Position numbers and translations under genes: made by a program. The notes beneath the pieces are model-generated. The model was not told the DNA's origin. It saw only the letters and a program-made list of their open reading frames with translations, and did not search any database. From a virus (lineage: Duplodnaviria; Caudoviricetes): 50,477 bases of DNA. Positions 27,377 through 37,003 of the stretch are shown in pieces; positions within the stretch are counted from its first letter, which is position 1; every line of letters begins with the position of its first letter. The stretch is from the IMG/VR virus record IMGVR_UViG_3300020118_000066, positions 1-50,477 of that record. One strand, given 5' to 3'.

Positions 27377-29658
27377 TGGCTACTACGCCGAAAAGCGAAG
27401 CCTACCTTGAGGATAAACCGCTCCTCAACAGCGCCACCGTTAGCTGGTCGCTTCGCTCTGGAACGTCTCCGGTCATCGGCTCGTTTGAGATGATCCCGGA
27501 GGATGCGGACGCGCTATTTCAGAACGGCGGGCGCAAGTCTCCGGTAACACTCAAGATCATCCCACCGCAGGGGAATCCGGTCACGGTATCCAATCTTTGG
27601 ATCCTGAACATCGCCCCAGGCCCCAATCCATTCATTGTATCGGTAACGGTCGCTGACCGTCGTTGGTTCTGGAGCTATGCCCACACCCTTCGCCGGCTGA
27701 ACATGCGCCGTAGGGTTGGAAACAAGCTGGCAATCGCTTCCGATCAAGCGCCAGTTCAGCTTAACCAGTCCATTCCAAACTTCGATTACTGGCCATGGAG
27801 CCTGAACAGCGGTGCCGTTTGGCAGGCGGTGGACGTCATCCGAAATGTCATGACGAGCCAAGTGGACGGCATCTTGGCCAAAGAGCGGCAGTATTGGGGC
27901 GTAATGGCAGACCTGACAATTGATAACAGGATTACGAGTGGTGGCAGCAGCACTCCAATCGAAGACCTACAGCTAGATGACAGCGGCGACGGTGCCTTGG
28001 CGCGCATCATGAAGTATCTCCCGGAAGCGGAGGTTACGGTTGACTATGACGGCACGGTCATCGTTTTCTCGAGGTCCGGTGGCGATGAGGCGGATTTGTA
28101 TAACGCCATCTTGCCTGAAATCCCAGGCGGTGGCCATGCCGCCCTAGTGTCCAACGCGGCGCTTAGGCCTTCAAAGATCAATGTGAAGTTCACGCCTGAG
28201 GTTGAGGTCCGCTTTGATGCTCTGGAGAACGCTACCGCGAGCGCCACGGGATCCGCGAATCACGATGTAGATACCACGGTCGGGCCTACCGGCGGCAGTA
28301 TCAAGGTGTCCTATAAGCGCCAGTTGGATAACGTCCTACCCAGCGTTGACTATCAGTTGAACGTGAACGGCAACACCATCCCCATGGGGGTTTATATCCT
28401 CATGGATGATGCCTTCAACTCGTGGGGAAACCTGCCCATCGCCGGCCAGGCAACCAAGTTGGACCACCCGCTCATTCAAAAGGCCTTCGTGCCTTATATG
28501 GATCTATGGTCCAAGCTAAACAAGATCGGACAGCAGCCGGGGCCGAATGGCAACGCGGATCCGTGGGTTGAGCGCATCGCCGCGGTGCAGAACAATTACA
28601 GGATCACCTACCGCATACCCTCAGCGTGGCGCAACCAGATGTTCTCCATGAGGGCTTACAGGGTTGCCACGATAGACCCCCAAAGCGGCATGCGTGGGCC
28701 GTCGCTCGTCTATGGCGATTACTGCTTGGTCTACAGTCAGAGGCAGCAGGCCAGGAATGCCCAGGCGGGCAACGTGTTTGACTGGGCGCAGAACCGCTCT
28801 GGCTATCCGGCAAGCGGAATCCTGGATTCCACCGCAGCGCCATCTCCCGCCTACGTCACCGTTATTGACGAGGATCAGGGGGTCATTCACTTCAATTACC
28901 GGATTGACATCAATCGCTTGATTGAGATGATCCTGCCGTCAAAGCTCAAGGTCGACGGCAACGCGATGCCGACTACGGATGTTACAAACCGAGATAGGGC
29001 CATAACCTTCGATACTCTGAACAAGGCTGGTGGATATGCTTCCTTATCCCCGTCGTTCCAGGCCGCCGTGGTTTTGACGTGCGTGCCCGCCAGCCCAAAC
29101 AACATCAACCAGCTTTATAGCGTGTCCGTCACGCCGGGAGACGTCCAGGGGCTCATTCCGCAGGGCGCACAGTCCGGGCTCCTCAATGCCCAAGGCCCGG
29201 AAATGGACATCCATTGTGGCTTGGATACAGCCCGCATCATGTGGCTCGATAGCCGGTCCTCGGATATTGAGGCTCTGTTTGGTATCGCCGGTGGCGCGGC
29301 GAGCTCCACGCCGCTGACTCCAAACCTAAAGGGTCTTGTGATTAATGGCGAGGATGGTAGTTTAACAACAGGCGCTTCTCTCGTAAATCTTGCGCGCGCT
29401 GAGGCCGCAAAGGTCTACGCTTCGCTCGTGGATCATTACGAGGGGACCGTGACAGGAGGAATGAACGGCAACGTGCATCTGAACGGCATGACCACCGATA
29501 TAACCCACCGGCTTGATCCAAATGGTATGACGACCACGCAGTTAACATTGCCGTCCACTTTCGAGAGATTCTCAAAACAGATTGACGTTTTCCGGTGGCT
29601 CAGCAGCACGTCTCGCGCGGTTATTTTGAAGCTCGTTCAACCTCAGGGTGGTGCTTAA
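27376..29658 (+). CDS. Putative tail hub / baseplate-like protein
   Basis: 760 aa; VTVADRRW.W, VDYDG.V, and ITHRLD.NG.TTT C-terminal pattern typical of hub proteins. Confidence 0.55.
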   Translation: MATTPKSEAYLEDKPLLNSATVSWSLRSGTSPVIGSFEMIPEDADALFQNGGRKSPVTLKIIPPQGNPVTVSNLWILNIAPGPNPFIVSVTVADRRWFWSYAHTLRRLNMRRRVGNKLAIASDQAPVQLNQSIPNFDYWPWSLNSGAVWQAVDVIRNVMTSQVDGILAKERQYWGVMADLTIDNRITSGGSSTPIEDLQLDDSGDGALARIMKYLPEAEVTVDYDGTVIVFSRSGGDEADLYNAILPEIPGGGHAALVSNAALRPSKINVKFTPEVEVRFDALENATASATGSANHDVDTTVGPTGGSIKVSYKRQLDNVLPSVDYQLNVNGNTIPMGVYILMDDAFNSWGNLPIAGQATKLDHPLIQKAFVPYMDLWSKLNKIGQQPGPNGNADPWVERIAAVQNNYRITYRIPSAWRNQMFSMRAYRVATIDPQSGMRGPSLVYGDYCLVYSQRQQARNAQAGNVFDWAQNRSGYPASGILDSTAAPSPAYVTVIDEDQGVIHFNYRIDINRLIEMILPSKLKVDGNAMPTTDVTNRDRAITFDTLNKAGGYASLSPSFQAAVVLTCVPASPNNINQLYSVSVTPGDVQGLIPQGAQSGLLNAQGPEMDIHCGLDTARIMWLDSRSSDIEALFGIAGGAASSTPLTPNLKGLVINGEDGSLTTGASLVNLARAEAAKVYASLVDHYEGTVTGGMNGNVHLNGMTTDITHRLDPNGMTTTQLTLPSTFERFSKQIDVFRWLSSTSRAVILKLVQPQGGA

Positions 29659-30462
29659 ATGCCACATACTGCAGTATCGATGGCCCCGAACGGTCCCGGC
29701 ATCCTTGCGATGCGCCACCGCGGCTTTGACCAGGATAACCCGAAGTGGGATCTAGAGAAGCGAGCCATTCTCTTGGGCTATGAGGTAACTGGCCGCGATG
29801 ATTCGGATGGGCCGAACTCCGTTGGCCACTGGAAGGAAGACGTCGACACCCGTGGCGACCTCAACTGCGCCAATTATTGGCAGTCCGATGATTACTCCAA
29901 GCGTGGCGTTGGGTGCTGGAGCTGGGGCTACCCTGCCGTCATTTCCGAAGCCGGCAGCAGAGATCCAGTCCAGAATACGACCGGCGGTCAGGGGGATGTA
30001 ACGCAAACTGGTGGCAGCGGTGGTAAGGCTAAGATCTTGCCGATCGGAATGGGCGGCAATCCAGACAAACGATTCAAGCCAAAGACCCCAATGATTGTCC
30101 AGCCCGAGGGTCAGGGCGGCGGGGATCCTGATGCGCAGGGCGCAGCTGGCGATCCCGGTAACGCCGGCGGCGCTGGGGCCGCTAACAGCGCCGGCAGCGG
30201 TGGACAAGATCCAGGCACTGTCGACCTCGGCGGCGGATGGCAATATAACGATGGCGTATTGGTTTACAACGGTCCAAGCGCGGGTCAGGTTGACTCTCTT
30301 TCTGGGTTTAACGGCGGCTACTGGAGCGGTGGCTTTGTCGGATTTAACGGCGTAAACAACATTGCGGGTGGTGGTAGCGGCTTTGCTGGCTTTAGCGGTG
30401 TTCGCAACCTTGCCGGCGGCGGAAGCGGTTTCCCTGGATTCTCGTATAGCCGGGGAAGGTAA
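29659..30462 (+). CDS. Putative tail protein with Gly/Phe-rich C-terminal repeats
   Basis: GFxGFxGVxNxAGGGS repeated; abuts both neighbours by TAA-ATG. Confidence 0.6.
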   Translation: MPHTAVSMAPNGPGILAMRHRGFDQDNPKWDLEKRAILLGYEVTGRDDSDGPNSVGHWKEDVDTRGDLNCANYWQSDDYSKRGVGCWSWGYPAVISEAGSRDPVQNTTGGQGDVTQTGGSGGKAKILPIGMGGNPDKRFKPKTPMIVQPEGQGGGDPDAQGAAGDPGNAGGAGAANSAGSGGQDPGTVDLGGGWQYNDGVLVYNGPSAGQVDSLSGFNGGYWSGGFVGFNGVNNIAGGGSGFAGFSGVRNLAGGGSGFPGFSYSRGR

Positions 30463-32766
30463 ATGCCAAACGTTCGCAATCTTCCTGTAGGAACAGTCGG
30501 GTGGAACGGCTCCAGCACCAGGGAAAATCTGCAGGAGGATGTATTCATTACATGCGACAGTCGTTTGGTGGCCGTCAACGTTGGTCCGGATGGTACCTAT
30601 GGAAGCCTCGTATACGACACCAACCAAAACAACGAATACGACGCCGAGCGTAGCGCCTACCTACAATCGGCGTTTCGCGTGCTTAAGCATCCCCTTGGGG
30701 ATGCCAACGCCATTGCCTTTCAGCTAAACCGAAGCGGCAACGGAGAAACCAAGGGCGGCTGGTTTGTAGACAAGGGTGACGGATCTAGCAGCACTCAAAG
30801 CACCGGCGCCGGTAATGTCGCCACCTCCGGAAGCGGCATGGTTGCAACCACCGGTCAGGGCCAAGCCGTTAAGGCTGGGGCCGCCCCCGAAGAAGTAGTT
30901 ACCACTCCAGGTAAAGCGGGAATCGTCGTTGGCCAGGGAAGCTATACCGATAATGGACCATTTCACGTAGGCAACAAAACAGACAAGCATAATCACGGAG
31001 CCGATGCTGACGGGAATCCCATCAACGCGCTTCATATCTGGACGGGCGCCCTCTTCTACAGGAATCAGGTTGAAGACGGGCCGCTTAGGTTTGAAAAGAT
31101 ATATAAGCAGGGGGAAGACAAAAGCATTGTCGTCCCGGTCCATCTTGCGTGGAGCGGCAGCGATTGGGCCTGGTGGAGCACTACCGATACCTATCATCCG
31201 GATTACCCGTACAATCCATCGATCCCAACAAATCCAGGAATCCCAACTTATCCAACTTACCCATCGATTCCAACTGGTGGTAGTAATCCTATTCCAACGG
31301 GTGGCGGTAGTCCTGGAGGTGGCGGCGTTCCAACCGGCGGCGGCGGTGGCGGCCAGCCTGGCGGCGGATTTACGCCGTTTACCGGCGACCTTCCTGGCGT
31401 TCCAACGGGACATACTCCAATCGTCTCCGGAGGCGATCTAGAGGGGCCGTGGGGTGGCGGGACTGGTACACCTGGAATCCAGCCGACTTCACCGACGGGT
31501 GGAGATCTAAGTGGCGGCGCCCCAACTGGATACGTTCCCATTTCGTCTGGAGGCCCCGTTGGCGGCGGCGGGCCCGGTTCAGGTGGCGGAGGAACACCCG
31601 GTGGCGGAAGCTCCGGTGGTGATAATGGTTTGCCGCCAAGTTTTGGTATCGACCCATCTACCGGCAGACCATACGGTTCCAACCCCACACCAGATCCCAT
31701 AGACGACCCAAGCGCCGGCGATCAAGGGGACCTATTCGCAACTCAAACGCCCCCCAATACCGGGAACCCACCTGGCGGCGGCGCAAATCCTGGCGGCGGA
31801 AGCCCTAAGCCATTTGACAATAACCCAAACCCGCCACCGAAGCCCAAGAACTTCGATCTGCCGTTTGATCCTGGCGGCACGACATTTGACATGGCACAAA
31901 ACTCCCAGGCTGGAAAACCGTTCAACATGATCAGTATTGCTGGGGCGCTCAACACTACCGCCCAGACGTTTCAGGCTCAAAATTACAATCCAGGATCTTC
32001 AGATTCCGGAGCTTTTACTAAACCTAATTCACAAGCCCTTTCGAAATCCGCAAGTACATCTCCACTGACTGGGGCGATGTCGTCATTCGCCGCGCAGGGC
32101 GGATCCACCTCCGCTGGAGTTACCGCCTCCGGATCTCCATTCCCGGCAAATACCAGCGGCGCGCAGGGAGATCCGTGGGTCTATACGGCAACGCCCAGGG
32201 GTCAATCCTTTGGTGGCGCTCCGCGATCTAGATATAAGTCTGGTACAGCAAACGGTGGCATTGTTTACCACCCTGTAGAAACAGACCTTCGAGATGTTGG
32301 CAACGGAATGAAGCCGTCTGGTGTAACCCTCAATACATTCCTGGTGATGACCGCCCCTGGCGCCTACTTTGGGTGTGGTGTTCCGGAGCTTGTTAACGGC
32401 GGCATCAAGAGCGGTTATCGTTGGGGGGTTGATTCGACAAACGGTGATCTTGTCTTCTATTCCATCAGCTCTAGCCAGGCTGCCATTGAGGCCATGCGGT
32501 TTGGAAATACCACACAGCGAATCAGCTTTGCCTCTCAGATGGGAGTTAATGGGACGCTTGCTCACAACAATACCTCGGCAAGAACCTGGACATTCCAAGA
32601 CGCCAGTGGATACGTCATTTGCTCTTCGGGCAATGTCGGCTTCTATGGTACCACCCCCGGTGCCCAGAAAACGGTTACTGGCTCAAGGGCCGGTAACGCA
32701 GCTTTGGCAAGCCTACTTACGCAATTGGCTGGATATGGTCTAATAGTAGACGGAACGGTAGTGTAG
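30463..32766 (+). CDS. Putative tail/fibre protein with long Pro/Thr/Gly-rich region
   Basis: About 230-aa low-complexity centre; fibre-like C-terminus (RTWTFQDASG, VGFYGTTP...LLTQLAGYGLI). Confidence 0.7.
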   Translation: MPNVRNLPVGTVGWNGSSTRENLQEDVFITCDSRLVAVNVGPDGTYGSLVYDTNQNNEYDAERSAYLQSAFRVLKHPLGDANAIAFQLNRSGNGETKGGWFVDKGDGSSSTQSTGAGNVATSGSGMVATTGQGQAVKAGAAPEEVVTTPGKAGIVVGQGSYTDNGPFHVGNKTDKHNHGADADGNPINALHIWTGALFYRNQVEDGPLRFEKIYKQGEDKSIVVPVHLAWSGSDWAWWSTTDTYHPDYPYNPSIPTNPGIPTYPTYPSIPTGGSNPIPTGGGSPGGGGVPTGGGGGGQPGGGFTPFTGDLPGVPTGHTPIVSGGDLEGPWGGGTGTPGIQPTSPTGGDLSGGAPTGYVPISSGGPVGGGGPGSGGGGTPGGGSSGGDNGLPPSFGIDPSTGRPYGSNPTPDPIDDPSAGDQGDLFATQTPPNTGNPPGGGANPGGGSPKPFDNNPNPPPKPKNFDLPFDPGGTTFDMAQNSQAGKPFNMISIAGALNTTAQTFQAQNYNPGSSDSGAFTKPNSQALSKSASTSPLTGAMSSFAAQGGSTSAGVTASGSPFPANTSGAQGDPWVYTATPRGQSFGGAPRSRYKSGTANGGIVYHPVETDLRDVGNGMKPSGVTLNTFLVMTAPGAYFGCGVPELVNGGIKSGYRWGVDSTNGDLVFYSISSSQAAIEAMRFGNTTQRISFASQMGVNGTLAHNNTSARTWTFQDASGYVICSSGNVGFYGTTPGAQKTVTGSRAGNAALASLLTQLAGYGLIVDGTVV

Positions 32767-32781
32767 AAAGAGGGGAAACGG

Positions 32782-33183
32782 GTGGCTGTAGTTAGCGGAG
32801 AGAGCAGGCTTCAGAAGTTCGGCGCATCGGCCAACGGAAGCACTCAAGGAGTTGTGCTGATTGGGCCGGTTGTTATTGCATCTCCCACCGCCGGTTTCAG
32901 CAATGGCAACGTCCCATATCTAAGGAATTTCGGCGCCTCCGTTGCGAAGGGCGGCTCCTCTTCTTTCTTCCAGCTCCAGATCTCCAGCGACGGAAGTAGC
33001 TGGACAGAGATCGAGCGCATTGAAATCCCGGATTCTGGCGTGGTCAATCTAAGCTATGGGGTTCCGGTCCCTATCTGCAATGCCGGCCAGCAATTCCGGG
33101 TCTTTGCCACTCAGGGCACCGCGGCCCGCATGTCTGCCAGCTTGTTTGGTAAGGCCACTGTTGCGGACATCGTTGATCTATGA
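32782..33183 (+). CDS. Hypothetical beta-rich protein
   Basis: GAGGGG RBS; LQISSDGSSW motif. Confidence 0.6.
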   Translation: MAVVSGESRLQKFGASANGSTQGVVLIGPVVIASPTAGFSNGNVPYLRNFGASVAKGGSSSFFQLQISSDGSSWTEIERIEIPDSGVVNLSYGVPVPICNAGQQFRVFATQGTAARMSASLFGKATVADIVDL

Positions 33184-35732
33184 GCGTCCAAAGTAACGTT
33201 CCGGATTCTGCATTTAGTGGATTCATTCCAACCACGATAACCGCTGGGTCTGTTATATTCAGCGATGGGAGTCAGCTAACCGGAAACACTTCTTCTATTT
33301 TTCTTGATATCACTAACACACGCCTTGGTGTCGGCACTTCCTCACCGTCGAATACCCTCCAGGTAAACAGTTCGAAAGGTATCACCACGCTAAACGCCGG
33401 AAACGGTGCCGTAGAAATACTGTCTGGCGGGGCGCTCAACGCCCTAAAGTGGTATGGGGCCAATAACCTCCAGATAGGCTACGACTCGAACCTTGCGAAC
33501 ATCGGGAACGGCGCGGCCGGCTCCAATGTAATGACCTTTGCCACATCTGGATTCGTCGGCGTAGGATGCGTTCCATCTGTTCATTTCCACATCAAGAGCG
33601 CCAGCGCTACGAACGTGATTGCGGACACCTCAAGCGCTACCGCCCAGATCCTCTTTGGCCTCAGGCGCAACAACACGATCAACTACTGGGAACTGTACAT
33701 GGACACGCTGGGCGACGGGACGAACGACTTCGGCCTGTTCGACAACGTGGCTAATGCCTTGATCTTCCGTGTGGACCCTAGCACCGATTACACCGGCTGG
33801 GGTGCTAATTCTTTCACCCCAGGGCGACGGGTGGACATCAAGGACACGGCCAACCCTCAGCTTCGGATCACGCAAGGGGCCAGCGCCTACGCCGAGTTCC
33901 AGGCGGATTCCGGCGGTGTCCTGACCATCACAACCACCGGGAACAGCGTCAAACTGCCTTACCTGACCGCTGGGCAGGTCGTATTTCCTGGGACCGGCGG
34001 GGCGCTCACGGGTTCGTCTTCGCTTTTCTGGGATAATACGAATTACCGTATTCGGCTCGATTCGCCGACTCACACGGGCGGCATTACCTGGGGGACCGCA
34101 GACGGGTATTTCTCGGCAGAAACCGCCGTATCCCCATTCAACGGGGTCAATGACAACGTTTTGTACATTGGCTATAACCGTGGACATATCGCGGCCCCGT
34201 CAGATCCATCCTACATGCTGTCGCTGGAGTCCCACTATTTCGACGGCGTTACGCATTGGATGGAGTGGAACTGGGACTACCAGAATTCTAGCGGAACGGT
34301 AAATAAGCGGTTCTTCTCCCAAACGATCAACAGGACCACGCACGCTTCTCAGGCGGCCTTCCTGGAACTGGACGACTTCTTCCTTCAGAACAGCTCCGTC
34401 TATTTTGCTCGCTTCACCAAGACGTCGCAACTCATTCAGTTCTTCAATGCCGCTGGAGTCGCAAAGTTCATCTTCGATACCACGACGCTGCCAACCCTCA
34501 CGGTCGATGCCGCTCGCCTACATACGACGGCAGCGAGTAGCAATATCTTTCTTGGGAGCCAAGCTGGGAACTACACCCTAACGGCAACAAACTGCACTGG
34601 CATTGGCTCAACGGTTTTCGGGGCCTTGACGAGCGGCGCGGCCAATACTGCCGTTGGGAACGCCGCTCTGACACTGGTGACTTCAGGTGGAAGCAATACC
34701 GCTGTCGGATCAGGGGCTCTTCAGACGGTAACCACGAACGGCTCGAATTGTGCTTTTGGGGCTTCCGCACTATCTAGCAATACGGCAGCAAACAATAGCG
34801 CCTTCGGCACGTCGGCAATGCAGAACAATACGAGCGGCAGCACCAACAGTGCTTTTGGGTTCGGTGCTTTGTTTACTAATACGACGGCGGGCGATTGCAG
34901 CGCTTTCGGCTTCCAAGCACTCAATGCATCCAACGGTGCAAGTTGTAGCGCCTTCGGTGTCAACGCGCTTTTGAGAAATACTTCGGGGGCAAACAACTGC
35001 GCCTTTGGTGTAAGCGCTTTGTCAAATGCCCTCACCCAGGGAGCCAATTGTGCCTTTGGAAGTAATGCTCTTGCGGCGACCACTGGCGCAAGCTCTACCG
35101 CGATTGGGAACAGCGCTCTGAATACCGCGACCAACGGCGATAACACCGCCGTAGGGGCAAGCGCAGGGTCTACCGTTACCACTGGCGTAGGATGCGTATT
35201 TGTCGGTGAACTCGCCGACACCACCACGGGCACCTTCAATTTTGCCTGCGCTATAGGTTACTCCGCAAAGGTCGGAGCCGCTTCGACCATGGCTCTTGGT
35301 GGCACTGGAGCAAATGCTCTCTCGGTGTGCATCAATCAGACGACGGCAGCGCGGCGGCTCGACGTGCTGGACGCCTCCAATCCACAGCTACGTTTGACCC
35401 AGGCAGCGGCTTCTGTCTACGTGGATCATGGCATCGACTCCACCGGGCTCTATACGATCACTCCGACCGGCGGAAGCACTTCCCCTAGATTGAAATTCGC
35501 CAACGTCAGCACGGCATTCTACGGAGGAACCCCGGCAGCCCAGGGGACTGGAGGTCAGAACGTCACGAACAACGTGACGGATTCTGGGTCAACAGCGGGC
35601 ACGATTCCGGACATCACCGATGGCGTGACCTATGCCAACGATTACACGAATCTCAGGCGGGCACTATTCCAGCTCGCCAGGATGCTGAAGCAGGATCATG
35701 ACCAGCTAAGAGCGATGGGTATTTTGACTTAG
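33180..35732 (+). CDS. Tail fibre / receptor-binding protein with YadA-like beta-helix repeats
   Basis: RLGVGTSSP and N(T/C/S)A(V/F)G..AL repeats; duplicated RR.D..D..NPQLR.TQ module. Confidence 0.85.
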   Translation: MSVQSNVPDSAFSGFIPTTITAGSVIFSDGSQLTGNTSSIFLDITNTRLGVGTSSPSNTLQVNSSKGITTLNAGNGAVEILSGGALNALKWYGANNLQIGYDSNLANIGNGAAGSNVMTFATSGFVGVGCVPSVHFHIKSASATNVIADTSSATAQILFGLRRNNTINYWELYMDTLGDGTNDFGLFDNVANALIFRVDPSTDYTGWGANSFTPGRRVDIKDTANPQLRITQGASAYAEFQADSGGVLTITTTGNSVKLPYLTAGQVVFPGTGGALTGSSSLFWDNTNYRIRLDSPTHTGGITWGTADGYFSAETAVSPFNGVNDNVLYIGYNRGHIAAPSDPSYMLSLESHYFDGVTHWMEWNWDYQNSSGTVNKRFFSQTINRTTHASQAAFLELDDFFLQNSSVYFARFTKTSQLIQFFNAAGVAKFIFDTTTLPTLTVDAARLHTTAASSNIFLGSQAGNYTLTATNCTGIGSTVFGALTSGAANTAVGNAALTLVTSGGSNTAVGSGALQTVTTNGSNCAFGASALSSNTAANNSAFGTSAMQNNTSGSTNSAFGFGALFTNTTAGDCSAFGFQALNASNGASCSAFGVNALLRNTSGANNCAFGVSALSNALTQGANCAFGSNALAATTGASSTAIGNSALNTATNGDNTAVGASAGSTVTTGVGCVFVGELADTTTGTFNFACAIGYSAKVGAASTMALGGTGANALSVCINQTTAARRLDVLDASNPQLRLTQAAASVYVDHGIDSTGLYTITPTGGSTSPRLKFANVSTAFYGGTPAAQGTGGQNVTNNVTDSGSTAGTIPDITDGVTYANDYTNLRRALFQLARMLKQDHDQLRAMGILT

Positions 35733-35759
35733 ACACTACGACGCAAAGGAATAGAGCAA

Positions 35760-36125
35760 ATGGCTAAGTACTGGCTGTATATGAGACCAGACTCCAGGAT
35801 CAGCGCGGAGTCCCTGGATATTAAGACCATGACCTTTCGCCAAAGGTCATGCTATTCCGGCGAGCAACTGAAGTACCTGATGGTTCCGGGGACCATCAAA
35901 GGAGAGGTCTGGGAGCTTCCTGACGACAGATTGGCGGCCATCAAAGAAGAGGTAGCAAGCCTAAATATCCATCCACACCCAGTCCGTGATGGCGCTTTCA
36001 TGGTTAGCGAAAAGCCCGGAGACCCCCTTGGAAAGCTGCTGACGATTCTGCCTCTAGATAAAGCGCATGAACGTGGTTACCTGCATTTGGCCAGTCCGGA
36101 TCCGTATGAGAATCTTTTTAATTGA
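35760..36125 (+). CDS. Hypothetical protein
   Basis: AAGGA RBS, in operon. Confidence 0.6.
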   Translation: MAKYWLYMRPDSRISAESLDIKTMTFRQRSCYSGEQLKYLMVPGTIKGEVWELPDDRLAAIKEEVASLNIHPHPVRDGAFMVSEKPGDPLGKLLTILPLDKAHERGYLHLASPDPYENLFN

Positions 36126-36139
36126 AGGAGGAAACAGAG

Positions 36140-36364
36140 ATGGGCGACGAAGCACCGATGGTTGATGCCCCCAAGATGTCCAAGCGTGACGAGCTATCAC
36201 AGGCGGTCAAGGCGGAACTCATGGAGCGTGGGCGCAGGTGCATGGCTAGGATCGAGGTGATCCTGAAAGAGGAGAATTGCCTCCTAACCGCCGAGATCCA
36301 CTTCGAAGAAGCGGCCCCAGGAAAGTGGGTTACCGTCTGCAATCCTGGCGTTAAGGCGCTCTAG
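36140..36364 (+). CDS. Hypothetical protein
   Basis: AGGAGG RBS points to ATG 36140. Confidence 0.6.
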   Translation: MGDEAPMVDAPKMSKRDELSQAVKAELMERGRRCMARIEVILKEENCLLTAEIHFEEAAPGKWVTVCNPGVKAL

Positions 36365-36366
36365 CG

Positions 36367-36936
36367 GTGCGCTGCTTCACATTCCACACCGGCGGAAAGT
36401 ACGCAGCAAACGCGGAGGCCCTAAAGGCTTCGGCGGAAGCGGTGGGGCTTGAATGTGTCGTTTATGAGCGTCCCGATCTAGGCTCCTGGTGGAAGAACTG
36501 TAACCAAAAATGCGAGGTTGTCTACGAGGCCCTCAAGCGCTTTGGAGACGAGCCGATTATCTGGAACGACTCGGATACCCGCTACGTGTCCTACCCAAAA
36601 CTCTTCGAGAGCATCGAAGAGGACTTTGCGGCCTATTACATGACGCCGGCTGTTTCCATTGGTGGGACGATGTTCTTTAACGGCGCCTCCAAGGCCTTGC
36701 GCTATGTAGATGCCTGGCGTAACAACGTTCAGGCAAACCCAGAAAACGAGGACGATTCAATCAATTTCCGTCGCGCGCTTCAGGCGATTAGGCCGCGTTC
36801 CATCTTCCATCTACCGCCAGCCTATTGCTGGAACGAGAAAACCATGCGAGCCGGCTTCCCGGGCACTATACCGGTCATTGAACATTCGTACATTGGAGCC
36901 CACGATTATCCGGTGATTCTTGCAAAGGACGCATGA
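36367..36936 (+). CDS. GT-A glycosyltransferase, paralogue of 7462-8055
   Basis: Y...A..L.AS, SW.....K, IIWNDSD, GGTMFF, LP..Y.W, PVIEH align with the 7462 protein. Confidence 0.75.
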   Translation: MRCFTFHTGGKYAANAEALKASAEAVGLECVVYERPDLGSWWKNCNQKCEVVYEALKRFGDEPIIWNDSDTRYVSYPKLFESIEEDFAAYYMTPAVSIGGTMFFNGASKALRYVDAWRNNVQANPENEDDSINFRRALQAIRPRSIFHLPPAYCWNEKTMRAGFPGTIPVIEHSYIGAHDYPVILAKDA

Positions 36937-36946
36937 CGGGATTCCT

Positions 36947-36996
36947 CCTTCGCGGGATGCCTAGTCCTAGGCTAGGCATCCCGCCCTCACGGAAGG
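36947..36996 (+). promoter_or_regulatory. Strong RNA hairpin overlapping the RBS of the holin-like gene
   Basis: 13-bp perfect stem 36952-36964/36972-36984; outer CCTTC/GAAGG; no U tract. Confidence 0.55.
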
Positions 36997-37003
36997 GTTG
37001 TAT

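Noticed and set aside
29752-31700. Minus-strand ORFs, including a poly-Pro one
   Set aside because: Mirror of Gly-rich codons on the + strand
31190-31880. Collagen triple-helix repeat
   Set aside because: No sustained Gly-X-Y register
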